Of a stretch of 64,000 nt of DNA, positions 20,803 to 30,839 are shown in pieces; the stretch's first letter is position 1, and every line of letters begins with the position of its first letter. This DNA comes from an uncultured Gemmatimonadales bacterium (GTDB lineage Bacteria > Gemmatimonadota > Gemmatimonadetes > Gemmatimonadales > GWC2-71-9). Position numbers and translations under genes: made by a program. Location: contig CAVSQW010000001.1 of the NCBI GenBank assembly GCA_963730185.1, positions 64,001 to 128,000 of the forward strand, given 5' to 3'. Below the pieces are notes generated by a model. It was not told where the DNA came from. It was given only the letters and a program-made list of their open reading frames with translations, and did not search any database.

Positions 20803-21092
20803 GGGCCAGTATCCTCACCCGGGCGCGAAATGACCGTTCTGATTCTGGCCGGGCTGTTCCTGAGCAGCCTGGGCATCGCTCCGGCGCCCCCGGGGCGATG
20901 ACGGAGATCCCGCTGCCGATTCCCGGTGCCACGCCCGGCGTCGTCCGGGCCGGTTGGAAGGCCGGCGCCGTCTGGATCGGCACGAGTACCGCGGATGGGG
21001 CCCTGCGATACGATCCCGGCCCGGGCACGTTCGCGGCTGGGCCCGGATCTCGGCCCGGGGGGCGCGCCCCGGCCCGGCCGTTCAGGCGTTCC

Positions 21093-22394
21093 ATGCGGCC
21101 GATCGCCCTCGCCCTCGCCGGCCTGCTCGTCGGGCCGCCGCTGGCGGCCCAGGCCGACTCCCTGGCCGAGCTGGCCCGGACCCGGTACCGCGAGGCGATG
21201 ACCGCGTACCGCGCCGGCGACCTCCCCGCCGCTCGGGGACGGATGCTCGAAGCCCGGACCGCCTGGCCCACCCAATGGCGTTACCCCTACGACCTCGCCC
21301 TGCTCGCCGCCAAGGCGGGTGACCCGGTCGCGGCGGCCGGGTGGATCGACAGCTTGGCCACCCTGGGTGCCGGTCCTGACCTCCGATCCGACCCCGACCT
21401 CGCTCCTGTGGCTGGCACCCCAGCCGTCGAAGCGGCGCTCGCCCGCCTGGACCGAAACCGGCAGCCGATGGCGGCCAGTCGGCCCCGGTTCGAGCTGACC
21501 CAGACCGACCTCTTCCCCGAAGGGCTCGACGTCGACAGCGTGACCGGAGTCTTCTATCTGGCCAGCATCAGGCATCGGAAGGTGGTCAGCCTGAGCCCGG
21601 ACGGCGTGGTCCGGGATTTCGCCGCCTTCCCGGGCGCGCCGCTCGGCGCGGTGATGGGCGTGCGGGTCGACCCCCGCCGCCGGCGCCTCTGGGTCACCAG
21701 TCGAGCCTTGCCGCTGATGGCCGGCTACCGGGAAGCCGACGGGCGGCGGGCCGGGATAGCCGTCTTCGATCTCGGGACCGGATCCCTCCTCGCCGCCGAT
21801 ATCCTGCCCGACGACGGTCCCCACACGCTCGGTGACCTGGTGGTGGCCGATGATGGCGTCGCCTACCTCACCGACAGCGAAAGCCCGATCGTCTATCGAG
21901 CCCGGCTCGAAACCGACCGACTGGCGGTCGAGCCCTTCGTCAACAGCCCGCTCTTCCGCTCGCTCCAGGGGCCGGCGCTCGATCCGGCGGGGCGGACGCT
22001 CTTCGTCGCCGACTATTCCCACGGCCTCCTCGCGATCGACCTCGAATCCCGACAGGTGAGACTGATCGATCCTCCGGTCCAGGGCACCACGCTTGGCGTG
22101 GATGGCCTGACCTGGTGGAACGGCGGGTTGATCGGGATTCAGAACGGGATGTCGCCCGCGCGGGTGGTCTTCTTCGAGCTCGATCGGAACCGCACCCGGG
22201 TCACCCGCATCACCCTGCTCGACCGCCATCTCCCGGAGGCCGACGAGCCGACGATCGGCACCCGCCTCGGTCGACGATTCTTCTACGTGGCCAACAGTCA
22301 GTGGCCGGACTACGAGGACGACGGACGGCTCAAGGCCGGCGCATCGCTTCGCCCGCCGCTCATTCTCGAGCTCACCCTGCCGACTGCTCGCTGA
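21093..22394 (+). CDS. Exported TPR plus beta-propeller protein (SMP-30/gluconolactonase-like)
   Basis: Signal peptide from ATG 21093; FPEGLDVD, GVDGL and EPTIG propeller-blade motifs. Confidence 0.7.
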   Translation: MRPIALALAGLLVGPPLAAQADSLAELARTRYREAMTAYRAGDLPAARGRMLEARTAWPTQWRYPYDLALLAAKAGDPVAAAGWIDSLATLGAGPDLRSDPDLAPVAGTPAVEAALARLDRNRQPMAASRPRFELTQTDLFPEGLDVDSVTGVFYLASIRHRKVVSLSPDGVVRDFAAFPGAPLGAVMGVRVDPRRRRLWVTSRALPLMAGYREADGRRAGIAVFDLGTGSLLAADILPDDGPHTLGDLVVADDGVAYLTDSESPIVYRARLETDRLAVEPFVNSPLFRSLQGPALDPAGRTLFVADYSHGLLAIDLESRQVRLIDPPVQGTTLGVDGLTWWNGGLIGIQNGMSPARVVFFELDRNRTRVTRITLLDRHLPEADEPTIGTRLGRRFFYVANSQWPDYEDDGRLKAGASLRPPLILELTLPTAR

Positions 22395-22489
22395 GCGGTC
22401 AGTGGTTGGGATCCGCTCCGCCGAGTAGCCCCTCCGACCGAGGACCGGCTACATTCGGAGCGCGGTGCTGGTGACTCCCACCCAGGAGT

Positions 22490-24277
22490 GTGTTCGTGCT
22501 TTCTTTGACCCTCCTCGCCCTGTTCGCGACGTCCGCGCCGCCGCCTCCCGCCGTGACCGGGCTGCGCTATGAGCTGGTCTTCACCGCGGCGAACGCAGCG
22601 GCTCGATCCGTCGATGTGGTGACCCGCTTCGACGTGTCGGCGCCCGGCCAGGTCGAGTTGTCGCTTCCGGCCTGGACTCCCGGCGCGTACGAGATCAGCA
22701 ACTTCGCCCGCCAGGTGTCCGAGTTCGCGGCGCGGCAGGGCGGCTCGGCGATTCGGTGGGACAAGGCCGACTACGACACTTGGCGACTGGCGGTGCCGGC
22801 CGCCGGCTCGGTCGAGGTGTCGTTCCGTTTCGCGGCCGACACGCTCGACAACGCGATGACTTGGAGCCAGCCGGATTTTCTCCTCGTGAACGGCACCAAC
22901 GTCTTTCTCTACCCCGAGGAGGCGAGCCTCGATTTTCCCGCGGCGGTGTCGGTCAAGACGGAAGCCGACTGGAAGGTCGTGACGCCGATGACGCCCGCCG
23001 GGACGGGCACCTATCAGGCCTCCAACTACCACGACCTGGTCGACATGCCCTTTTTCATCGGCCGGGTCGATCTCGACAGCGCCCGGGTCGACGGCGTCTG
23101 GCACCGGCTCGTGTCGTGGCCGGCCGGGCAGTTCCAAGGGCCCGCCCGTCAGTTACTCTGGAAGCAGCTCGAGACCCTGGTGCCGGCCGAGGCGCGGGTC
23201 TTTCAGGTGACACCGTGGGAGCGCTACACCACGATGGTGATCTTCGACTCGAGCTACGGCGGGGGCAGCGCGCTCGAGCATCAGAGCTCGCACGTGGGCA
23301 TCTACAATCCGCAGTTCATCGGCACCGCGATCCTGGCCTCGATCACCGCCCACGAGATCTTCCACGCCTGGAACGTGAAGCGCCTCCGCCCAGCCGATAT
23401 GGTGCCCTATCGGTACGATCGTCCGGAGCCGACCCCGCTCCTCTGGGTGAGCGAGGGCATCACCGACTACTATGCCGACCTGGCTCTGGTCCGGGGCGGC
23501 ATCATCGACTCGACCGTCTTCCTCAACGTGACCATGGGCAAGATGGACGAAGTGGCGCAGGCGCCGGCCGTGGCGTTGACCGACGCGTCGCTCTCCACCT
23601 GGATTCACCCGACCGACGGCACTTCGACCATCTACTATCCCAAGGGATCGCTGGCCGGCTTGCTGCTCGACGTCATGATCCGCGACGGGAGCGACAACCA
23701 TCGTTCCCTGGACGACGTGATGCGAACCCTCTATCGGAACGTCTACCTGGCCCGGAAGGGCGGCTTCACCACCGAGGAATGGCTCGGGGCCGTGAGCGAG
23801 GCGGCCGGCGGCCGGTCGTTCGACGAGTTCTATCGTCGGTACGTCGACGGCCGGGAGCCGTTCCCGTGGGCGAAGGTGGCCCCCTTGGCCGGCCTCCGGT
23901 TCATCGCCGATACGATTCGCGAGCCCCGGATCGGAATCACCTCGGGTGGCTCGGCCGGCGGTGGCGCCGAGGTGGTGGCCAGCATCACACCCGGCTCGGC
24001 GGCGAGCGACGCCGGCATCCAGGTGGGCGACACCCTGGTCTCCGTCGGCACCATCAAGGTCGATGCCCTCTTCGGCGTTCGCTTCCGCGCGACCTACGGC
24101 AAGCAGGTCGGTCAGACCATCCCGGTCGTGGTGAAGCGGGGTGGTCGGGAGGTGACCCTCTCGATGCCGATCCGCGAGGCGGTGCGGGTCGAGGAGCGGC
24201 TGGAGTTCGATCGTACCGCCGGCCCCAAGGCCGCCCGGATCCGAGGCGGCATCCTTCGCGGAACCACGGACCAGTGA
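22490..24277 (+). CDS. M61 family metallopeptidase (glycyl aminopeptidase) with PDZ domain
   Basis: LPAWTPGAY, ALEH, HEIFHAWNVKRLRP, LWVSEGITDYY and YYPKG motifs; C-terminal PDZ. Confidence 0.92.
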   Translation: MFVLSLTLLALFATSAPPPPAVTGLRYELVFTAANAAARSVDVVTRFDVSAPGQVELSLPAWTPGAYEISNFARQVSEFAARQGGSAIRWDKADYDTWRLAVPAAGSVEVSFRFAADTLDNAMTWSQPDFLLVNGTNVFLYPEEASLDFPAAVSVKTEADWKVVTPMTPAGTGTYQASNYHDLVDMPFFIGRVDLDSARVDGVWHRLVSWPAGQFQGPARQLLWKQLETLVPAEARVFQVTPWERYTTMVIFDSSYGGGSALEHQSSHVGIYNPQFIGTAILASITAHEIFHAWNVKRLRPADMVPYRYDRPEPTPLLWVSEGITDYYADLALVRGGIIDSTVFLNVTMGKMDEVAQAPAVALTDASLSTWIHPTDGTSTIYYPKGSLAGLLLDVMIRDGSDNHRSLDDVMRTLYRNVYLARKGGFTTEEWLGAVSEAAGGRSFDEFYRRYVDGREPFPWAKVAPLAGLRFIADTIREPRIGITSGGSAGGGAEVVASITPGSAASDAGIQVGDTLVSVGTIKVDALFGVRFRATYGKQVGQTIPVVVKRGGREVTLSMPIREAVRVEERLEFDRTAGPKAARIRGGILRGTTDQ

Positions 24278-25326
24278 TGACACTCTTCGAATCACTCGCG
24301 GCGGGCCGACACGAGGCCATCGCACTCTGTTCCGATCCCGACATCGGCTACCGAGGGATCATCGCCATCCACTCCACCCGGCTGGGCCCCGCCGTCGGGG
24401 GCACCCGGTGGTGGACCTATGCCAGCGAGCACGACGCGATCACCGACGCGCTCCGGCTGTCGCGCGGAATGTCCTACAAGAACGCGCTGGCCGGGCTGCC
24501 CCTCGGCGGCGGCAAGTCGGTGATTCTGGGCGGGCCCGAGGCGCGCGATCGGGCCGCGATTCTCCGAGCCCACGGGCGGGCGGTCGATCAGTTCGCGGGG
24601 CGCTACATCACGGCCGAGGACGTGGGCACGTCGCCCGCCGACATGGAGCTCATCGCCGAGAGTACGCAGTACGTGGCCGGTCGCGAAAACGGCTCGGGCG
24701 ATCCGTCGCCCTTTACCGCCCGCGGGGTGTTCCGCGCGACCCAGGCGGCCGCCCACCTCCGCTGGGGCTCGGACGACCTGGCGGGCCGCACCGTGGCGCT
24801 CCAAGGGTGCGGCAACGTCGGCTACCACCTGGCGCTCGAGCTGGCCCGGGCCGGGGCCCGGATCGTGGCCAGCGACATCGACCCCGCCAAAGTGGAGCGC
24901 GTGGTGAAGGAGACAGGAGCCGCGAGCGAGGCCCCCGATCTGATCCACCAGGTCGAGGCCGACATCTTCGCCCCTTGCGCGCTCGGCGCGGTGATCAACG
25001 ACACCACCCTGCCGGCACTCCGGGTCGAGATCGTGTCGGGTGGTGCCAACAATCAGCTGCTGGAGCCCCGCCACGGCGACGCCCTCGCCGCCCGCGGGAT
25101 CCTCTATGTTCCGGACTACGTTGCCAACGCGGGCGGGGTCTCCTACGGCGGGGCGGTCGAGGTCCTTGGCCTCTCGGGCGAGCAGGCCAAGGAGCGGGTG
25201 GAAGCGATTTACGACACCACGCTGATGGTCCTGGAACGGGCGGCGCGGGACGGGGTCGGGCCGCACCTTGCGGCCGATCGGCTGGCCGAGGAGCGGATCC
25301 GCGCGGGAGGGGCCCCCCGGGCCTGA
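24277..25326 (+). CDS. Leu/Phe/Val dehydrogenase family protein
   Basis: IAIHSTRLGPAVGGTR, MSYKNA, GGGKSV, YITAEDVG, QGCGNVG and PDYVANAGG motifs. Confidence 0.93.
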   Translation: MTLFESLAAGRHEAIALCSDPDIGYRGIIAIHSTRLGPAVGGTRWWTYASEHDAITDALRLSRGMSYKNALAGLPLGGGKSVILGGPEARDRAAILRAHGRAVDQFAGRYITAEDVGTSPADMELIAESTQYVAGRENGSGDPSPFTARGVFRATQAAAHLRWGSDDLAGRTVALQGCGNVGYHLALELARAGARIVASDIDPAKVERVVKETGAASEAPDLIHQVEADIFAPCALGAVINDTTLPALRVEIVSGGANNQLLEPRHGDALAARGILYVPDYVANAGGVSYGGAVEVLGLSGEQAKERVEAIYDTTLMVLERAARDGVGPHLAADRLAEERIRAGGAPRA

Positions 25327-25331
25327 ACCGT

Positions 25332-25359
25332 CGCGGGGCCGGCATCGGCCGGCCCCGCG
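25332..25359. terminator. Perfect 12-bp GC hairpin between convergent genes
   Basis: CGCGGGGCCGGC-ATCG-GCCGGCCCCGCG, with no U-tract. Confidence 0.55.
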
Positions 25360-25369
25360 GTACCTCGGA

Positions 25370-26959
25370 TCACTGCGGCTCGTTCGACTGCTTGGGCGGT
25401 GGCGCCAGCGCCAGGAGCTGCCGCTGGGTCCGGCCCCGTTGGATGTAGTCCAAGGCCGCCTGCACTTGCTTGTCCCACTTGATCGAGCGCCGGAACGCCG
25501 CCGAATCGCCGAAGGCCAGGCTGGCGACCCGCTGCTCCAGACTCCGATCGATCAGTTCCCCGCCGGCGTCGAACTGTTGCCGGGTCACGGTGACCTTGGC
25601 CTTTTGTAACCGGCTCCAGAGGTCGTCCCGCCAGGCCGGCTTGACCGCGAAGTCGGGGCTCACCTTGTTCTTGAGCTCGAGCGCGGTGTTGTAGACCGCC
25701 ACGTACCAGAGTGAGTACTGCGGCTGGTAGGCGCGGGCCAGATCGCGCTCGGCCGTCGAAAGGGTATCGGGGTCCACGGTAACGTCCGGCACCACCCCGC
25801 CGCCACCGAGGACCGTCCGGCCCGCGTCGGACCGGAAGACCGGCCGCTTGTGCTCGGCCGAGTCGGCCGGGGAGGCGTCGTATTCGACGAACCGCTCGTC
25901 GCCCAGCCGCTCGTGATCGGCTTGGATCGACCGGCCGCTCGGGGTGTACCACTTGCCCGTGGTGAGCTTCATCGCCCACCCGCCCTCGAGCGGGAAGAGC
26001 GTCTGCACCAGCCCCTTGCCGAACGAGTTGGTGCCGATGATCAGGGCGCGGTCGTGGTCCTGGAGGCTCCCGGCCACGATTTCGGAGGCCGAGGCGGTGT
26101 AACCGTCGACCAGCACCACCACCGGCATCGAGTCGATCACCGACGTCCGATTGGCGCGATACACCTCCGGCGCTTTGCCCCGATGCCGCACGCTGGCGAT
26201 CTCGGCGCCCGGCTGGAAGAAGAGGTTCCCAATCTCGAGTGCCTGATCCAGGCTGCCACCGCCGTTGCCCCGGAGATCGAGGATGAAGGCCTTGGCGCCG
26301 TCCTGCTTGAGCGAAGCCAGCGAGCGCTCCACGTCGGCCGCCGCGGACTCGTTGAAGCTCTGGAGTGGGATGTAGCCCACGTCGTCGTGGATGACGATGG
26401 AATAGGGCACGGCCGGAACCCGGATCACGGCCCGGGTGAAGGTCGCCTTGACCGGCTGGGGAATGCCGGCCCGCTGGAAGGTTACGTGCACCTCGGTCCC
26501 CGCCTCACCCAGCAGCCGGCCCGACACGGCCTCGAGCTTCCAGCCGGTCACGGCGGCGCTGTCCACCGTCAGGATTCGGTCGCCGGCGATCACCCCGCCC
26601 CGCTCGCTCGGCGTGTTGGGGAAGACCCGATTCACGATGATCGCGCCCTCTTGGCTCTCGATCACCATCCCGATGCCGCCGTAGTTGTTGCGTAGGGTCT
26701 GCCGCTGGAACGAGGCCAACTCCTCAGGGGAGTAGAGGTCGGCGTAGGGATCGTTGAGGTTCTTGATCAGACCGCGAGCGGCCCGCTCGTAGATGGTGCT
26801 CCGGTCGAGCGAGTCCACCGCGTTGGTTTCGATCCGGCTCAGGACTTGAGCGAAGAGCCTGGCGCCGTCGACCGGCTGCTGGCTTTGGAGGAGGAACGCT
26901 CCGGCGACGAGAGGGAGCCCGAAGAGGGCAGTCGCGGCGAGCAAGTGACGACGTCGCAT
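25370..26959 (-). CDS. S41A carboxy-terminal processing protease (CtpA/Prc-like) with PDZ domain
   Basis: LDLRGNGGG, TASASEIVAG (Ser) and SFGKG (Lys) motifs; signal peptide from ATG 26959. Confidence 0.93.
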   Translation of the reverse strand: MRRRHLLAATALFGLPLVAGAFLLQSQQPVDGARLFAQVLSRIETNAVDSLDRSTIYERAARGLIKNLNDPYADLYSPEELASFQRQTLRNNYGGIGMVIESQEGAIIVNRVFPNTPSERGGVIAGDRILTVDSAAVTGWKLEAVSGRLLGEAGTEVHVTFQRAGIPQPVKATFTRAVIRVPAVPYSIVIHDDVGYIPLQSFNESAAADVERSLASLKQDGAKAFILDLRGNGGGSLDQALEIGNLFFQPGAEIASVRHRGKAPEVYRANRTSVIDSMPVVVLVDGYTASASEIVAGSLQDHDRALIIGTNSFGKGLVQTLFPLEGGWAMKLTTGKWYTPSGRSIQADHERLGDERFVEYDASPADSAEHKRPVFRSDAGRTVLGGGGVVPDVTVDPDTLSTAERDLARAYQPQYSLWYVAVYNTALELKNKVSPDFAVKPAWRDDLWSRLQKAKVTVTRQQFDAGGELIDRSLEQRVASLAFGDSAAFRRSIKWDKQVQAALDYIQRGRTQRQLLALAPPPKQSNEPQ

Positions 26960-26983
26960 TACTTTACACTCCATGTTGGCGCC

Positions 26984-27011
26984 GAAGGGGGTACCCCACG
27001 GCACCCCCTTC
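26984..27011 (-). other. 12-bp stem-loop between the HEAT-repeat genes and the S41 protease gene
   Basis: Minus strand GAAGGGGGTGCC-GTGG-GGTACCCCCTTC with one G-U pair and no U-tract. Confidence 0.4.
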
Positions 27012-27101
27012 CCGACCACCCCGCTCCGAGAGTCATCCCGAGACGGACGCGGCCCTTTCCTAAAGAAACCGCCCGCCGCCGGAAGCGCCAGACCGACGAG
27101 T

Positions 27102-27890
27102 CTATGGCTTCGTCAGGATCTCCTCGAACAGCTCCAGGGCGCGCGGATCCTCCGATTGCCCTAGCCAGAAGAGTGCCTTCTTTCGAATCGACGGGTCGGG
27201 GTTCGACCGAGCCACCCGGATCAAGGTCGGAACGCCCTCCTCCCGGGGGAGTTGCGACAGGGCGAACACCGCCTGCTCCCGCACCTCCCGGTCCTGCTCG
27301 TCGTCGGCCACGAAATCGCCCAGCTCGCGGACCACGGCCTCGCCGGCCTCCTGACTGAGCCAGAACACGGCACTCTTCCGGCTCTGGCGGTTCGCGTGCG
27401 AATCGCGGGCCAGGTCCAGCAGCTGACGCCAGACGGTCACGCTATCGGCGATCAAGGCCGGGAAGATCAGGTCGTCGGCCCCCCGGCCGGTACCCCGCCG
27501 GGCGAGGTCGAGCAGCGCGTCGGCGGCCTCCCGGGTCGCGACCCGCCCCAGCTCGCGCACGTCCGACGGCGTGTCCGGCCATTCCCCTCCTACGTAGACC
27601 CGCGATCGGGTGATTCGACCGTCTCGAACGGTGAGCGCGATCCGGACCGGCCCGTCGACACAGACTCGGTTTCGCCACCCGCGCCGGCCGCTCCAGCTTA
27701 CCCCGTCGTCGACATAGACGGATTCGCGATCCCGGAACCGGATCATGCCCCGTCCGTCACCGCAAACGTCTTCCCGAGCGGTGTATTCGATCCGCGCTAC
27801 CCCGTCCTGCTCGAGGATCCGGCGGGCCAGGGGCGTTGCCTGTGCCGGCGGTATCCCGCCGGTCATCAGCGCCACCATCAGCAGCATCAT
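27102..27890 (-). CDS. Exported HEAT-repeat protein (short)
   Basis: GGAGGG RBS, signal peptide, N-terminal beta region with two Cys, and repeats RK.A.FWL.Q / RE.AVFALSQ. Confidence 0.8.
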   Translation of the reverse strand: MMLLMVALMTGGIPPAQATPLARRILEQDGVARIEYTAREDVCGDGRGMIRFRDRESVYVDDGVSWSGRRGWRNRVCVDGPVRIALTVRDGRITRSRVYVGGEWPDTPSDVRELGRVATREAADALLDLARRGTGRGADDLIFPALIADSVTVWRQLLDLARDSHANRQSRKSAVFWLSQEAGEAVVRELGDFVADDEQDREVREQAVFALSQLPREEGVPTLIRVARSNPDPSIRKKALFWLGQSEDPRALELFEEILTKP

Positions 27891-27957
27891 CGTCCCCTCC
27901 TCGCCTCGTTGGCCCGGTCCGTCTCGCCGCCTGCCCGCCCGAGCGTTGCTCGTCTGG

Positions 27958-29574
27958 TCAGGGCTTGGTGATGATTTCCTCGAGCAGCTTCGCGACCCGA
28001 GGGTCGTCCGACTGCGAGAGCCAGAAGAGGGCTTTCTTCCGGAGCTCTGGGTCACGATCGGTCCGGGCGATCTCCATCAGCTTGTCGATCGCCTGCTTCT
28101 CGTGTCGCTGCGAGTAGACGAAGATCAGCTGCTCGCGGAGGTCGCGATCGGTGAACTTGTCGTAGAGCGAGAACAGCTCGGGCATGCTGGCGCCGCTCTG
28201 GCCCAGCCAGAAGAGGGCCTTCTTCCGGAGCTCGAGGCTTTCCTGCTGGTTGCCGGCGAGCTCGAGAAGCCACTGCTGGCCGCCGTCCTGATCCCCCTGG
28301 GCCAGGGCGAAGATGATCTTCTCCTTGAGCGACGGCTCCTTGGTCGAGCGATAGATAGTCTTGAGGAAGTCGAGGTTCTCGTTCCGGCCCGACTGACCCA
28401 GCCAGAAGATCGCCTTCTCACGGAGCGAGCTCGGGGCGTCGTTCCGCATGGCGTAGTCGCGGAGCGCCTCGGCGGCCCGGCCCGACGACTGTTGCGAGAG
28501 GGCGAAGATCGCCTTCTCCTGAACGCTCCGATCCGACGAGCTCTTGAGAATCGAGTCCAGGGCCGTAGTGGCGTGCTCCGTATTGACCTGGGAGAGCCAG
28601 AACACGCCGTTCTCGCGGACCTCCTGATCCGGGTCCGACCGGACCGCCTCCAGCAGCATGGCCTCGGCCCCCGCTCCGCTGTGCTGGGCGATCAGGAACA
28701 CCGCCTTCCGTCGGAGGCAAACCGACCCCTCGTCACGCCGGGCCATGACCTTGCCCAGGATCGGCAGGGCGCGGTCCGCATCCATTTGGAGCAGGGCGTT
28801 CAGGGCCGCCATCCGCTCGTCGTCCTCGTCGTTGCAGCTGCTCCGGCTCCGGCGCGCCTGGCGCAGGGCGTCCCGGGATCCGGCGTCCCGGGTCCGCGAC
28901 TCGTCGCGGGCCGTTCGCTCCAGCTGCTCGGCCTTCGTCCGGATGGTCTCGGCCGCTTGGGAGTTCCCGCGCTGGGCCAGCTGGCTCTGGATCCGGACCG
29001 TGAGGGCGTCCGCGTCGCCTCGAGTGGCCGCGTTGGGGAACTGCTGCTGCTGGTGGCGGAGCACGTCGAGGGCCGTGTTGAGGTTCGTCGTCGAGCCGTC
29101 GCGGTACCGGGCGTAGGCTTCCCAGTAGAAGGCGTCGGCCGCGTACGACGAGCGCGGATGCCGATCGTGAATCTCGCGGAACAGGTAGGCCGCCTGACCA
29201 TTGTTCCCGCGATTCAGGGCGTCCCGCGCCGCCCGGTACAGGGAATCTGCCGGGTCCTGCGGAGCCCAGCCGGCCCGGGGCTCGATCGCGAGCGTCGAAT
29301 GGACGCCATAGCGGAGCGCGTCGAGCGTCGCCAGACGCTCGGTGGCCCGCAGGGCGCTCAGCTCGGCCAACTGCTCGCTCAGCCGGCCCAGCGCTCCCAC
29401 CTGGGCCGACATCGCGGCGACGGCGGGGCCGATCCCGATGGCGCGGTCGCGAAGGGCCGCGGCCCGTGCCTCGAGCTCGGCCAGGCTTTGAGTCGGCGAC
29501 TGGGCTCGGGCCGGAACGGCCGGACCGAGCAAGGCCAGGCTCACCAGAGCGGTAGTAAGGCGGATGGTGGTCAT
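27958..29574 (-). CDS. Exported protein with TPR/BamD-like helices and about 7 HEAT repeats
   Basis: Signal peptide; YRAARDALNRG...YAADAFYWEAYARY; repeated (L/V)R(E/K)KA(I/L)FWL(G/S)Q units. Confidence 0.82.
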   Translation of the reverse strand: MTTIRLTTALVSLALLGPAVPARAQSPTQSLAELEARAAALRDRAIGIGPAVAAMSAQVGALGRLSEQLAELSALRATERLATLDALRYGVHSTLAIEPRAGWAPQDPADSLYRAARDALNRGNNGQAAYLFREIHDRHPRSSYAADAFYWEAYARYRDGSTTNLNTALDVLRHQQQQFPNAATRGDADALTVRIQSQLAQRGNSQAAETIRTKAEQLERTARDESRTRDAGSRDALRQARRSRSSCNDEDDERMAALNALLQMDADRALPILGKVMARRDEGSVCLRRKAVFLIAQHSGAGAEAMLLEAVRSDPDQEVRENGVFWLSQVNTEHATTALDSILKSSSDRSVQEKAIFALSQQSSGRAAEALRDYAMRNDAPSSLREKAIFWLGQSGRNENLDFLKTIYRSTKEPSLKEKIIFALAQGDQDGGQQWLLELAGNQQESLELRKKALFWLGQSGASMPELFSLYDKFTDRDLREQLIFVYSQRHEKQAIDKLMEIARTDRDPELRKKALFWLSQSDDPRVAKLLEEIITKP

Positions 29575-29612
29575 GGAGTCGATCTCCTCAGATCTGCTGT
29601 GTAATTCGTAGG

Positions 29613-30263
29613 TCAGGCCGACGGGCCAGCCGGGATCGCTGCCCGGAGGCGCGCCGGGATCTGGTGCTCGGTCATGCCCTGGTCGATGATCTCCCGCTCG
29701 TCGCCCGGGGCCTTGGGCTCCATCTGGACGATCTGCACCAGGACCAGCTCGAGATCCTCGAGCAGGGTCCTGACTTTCGGGTCGGTCAGGCGCTTTCCGT
29801 CGAGCCAGAGCCGCGTCTGCGCCAGGAGATCCTTGGCGGCCGCGTGAAAGTCGTTCCCCGTTTCGCCTGCCCGGTACTCAGTCAGCAGGGTCTCGACCCG
29901 GCTGAGGTGCTGCACTGCGGCCAGCTGGGCGGCTTCCGAGGGGCCGGACCGCGCCGGCCCCCGCTGGGCGGTGGTCGACGGGGCAGGGACTGCCGGTCCG
30001 GCGCCGGACCGGAGGCTCAGCCTGCCGATGGCCACGCCGAGCACCAGCACGGCTGCCAGGGCGACCCAGGCCCGGGACCGGCTCCAGACCGTCCGCCGGG
30101 ACGCCGCCAGGTCGATCACGGCCGGTCGACTGCCCTGACGGGCCGTCCGGGCTGCCTGGACCCGGGCCCAGATCTCCTCCCGAGGCACTGGGGGTGGGCG
30201 GTGATAGTCCTGCGCCGCCTCCCGCAGCAGCTCGTCCATCCGGTCCTCCCGATCGTCAGTCAT
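29613..30263 (-). CDS. Putative membrane-anchored anti-sigma factor
   Basis: Start ATG 30263 overlaps the sigma stop; PPPVPREEIWARV; single TM helix (WVALAAVLVLGVAIG); periplasmic helical domain. Confidence 0.7.
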   Translation of the reverse strand: MTDDREDRMDELLREAAQDYHRPPPVPREEIWARVQAARTARQGSRPAVIDLAASRRTVWSRSRAWVALAAVLVLGVAIGRLSLRSGAGPAVPAPSTTAQRGPARSGPSEAAQLAAVQHLSRVETLLTEYRAGETGNDFHAAAKDLLAQTRLWLDGKRLTDPKVRTLLEDLELVLVQIVQMEPKAPGDEREIIDQGMTEHQIPARLRAAIPAGPSA

Positions 30264-30796
30264 CGTCACTCTCCGCGAAAGCCGCCAGCGCCGTCCGGAG
30301 CTTGGCTCGGGCCCGCGACAGCTGGGCCTTGGACGTGCCTTCCTGAATCCCGAGGGCCGTCGCGATCTCGCCGTGGGTGTAGCCTTCCACGTCATGCATC
30401 ACGAACACGGTCCGATACCCATCCGGCAGCGCATCGATGGCCCGGGCCAGACTGGCTCTTGAGATCCGGGTCGGCGACGGGCCGGGCCGGGCGCTCGAGC
30501 CGCTCGTCCAACGCCACCTCCCGATCGGAGGACCGACGCGCCTTTCGGAGCCCGTTGAAGACCACCGAATAGGCCACGCTCGTGATCCAGGTCGACAATG
30601 CCGCCTCCCCTCGAAACGTCTCCAGCCGGTCGAACACCCGGATGAAGGTCTCTTGCGTACAGTCCGCCGCGAGGTCCGAGTCGCCGGTCAGGCGGAACGC
30701 CAACCGGCGTACCCGCTCCACGTGCTGGCCGTACAGCTCGCGTTCGGCCAGTTCGTCGCCCGCCAGGACGCGGCCAACGAGTTCCGTCGTGGTCAA
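30256..30796 (-). CDS. ECF RNA polymerase sigma factor, with a frameshift near 30453
   Basis: Region 2 (DCTQETFIRVF...FRGEAALSTWI). Region 4 (LPDGYRTVFVMHDVEGYTHGEIATALGIQEGTSKAQLSRAR) continues in the next frame. Start taken at TTG 30796. Confidence 0.85.
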
Positions 30797-30839
30797 CCAG
30801 GCTCCCGGGTTGAATGCGCCGCCTGCTGCCACCCGCTCT

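Noticed and set aside
22756..25326. 856-aa ORF
   Set aside because: The real dehydrogenase starts at 24277; the rest is an off-frame extension over the M61 gene. The same applies to 12607..14226, 39239..41335, 55970..58669 and 38066..39694.
27102..28720. Recurring CCAGAAGA(G/T)-type DNA repeats resembling a spaced array
   Set aside because: They are the codons of the HEAT-repeat A(L/I)FWL motif. They are degenerate and in frame, with no cas genes, so this is not CRISPR.
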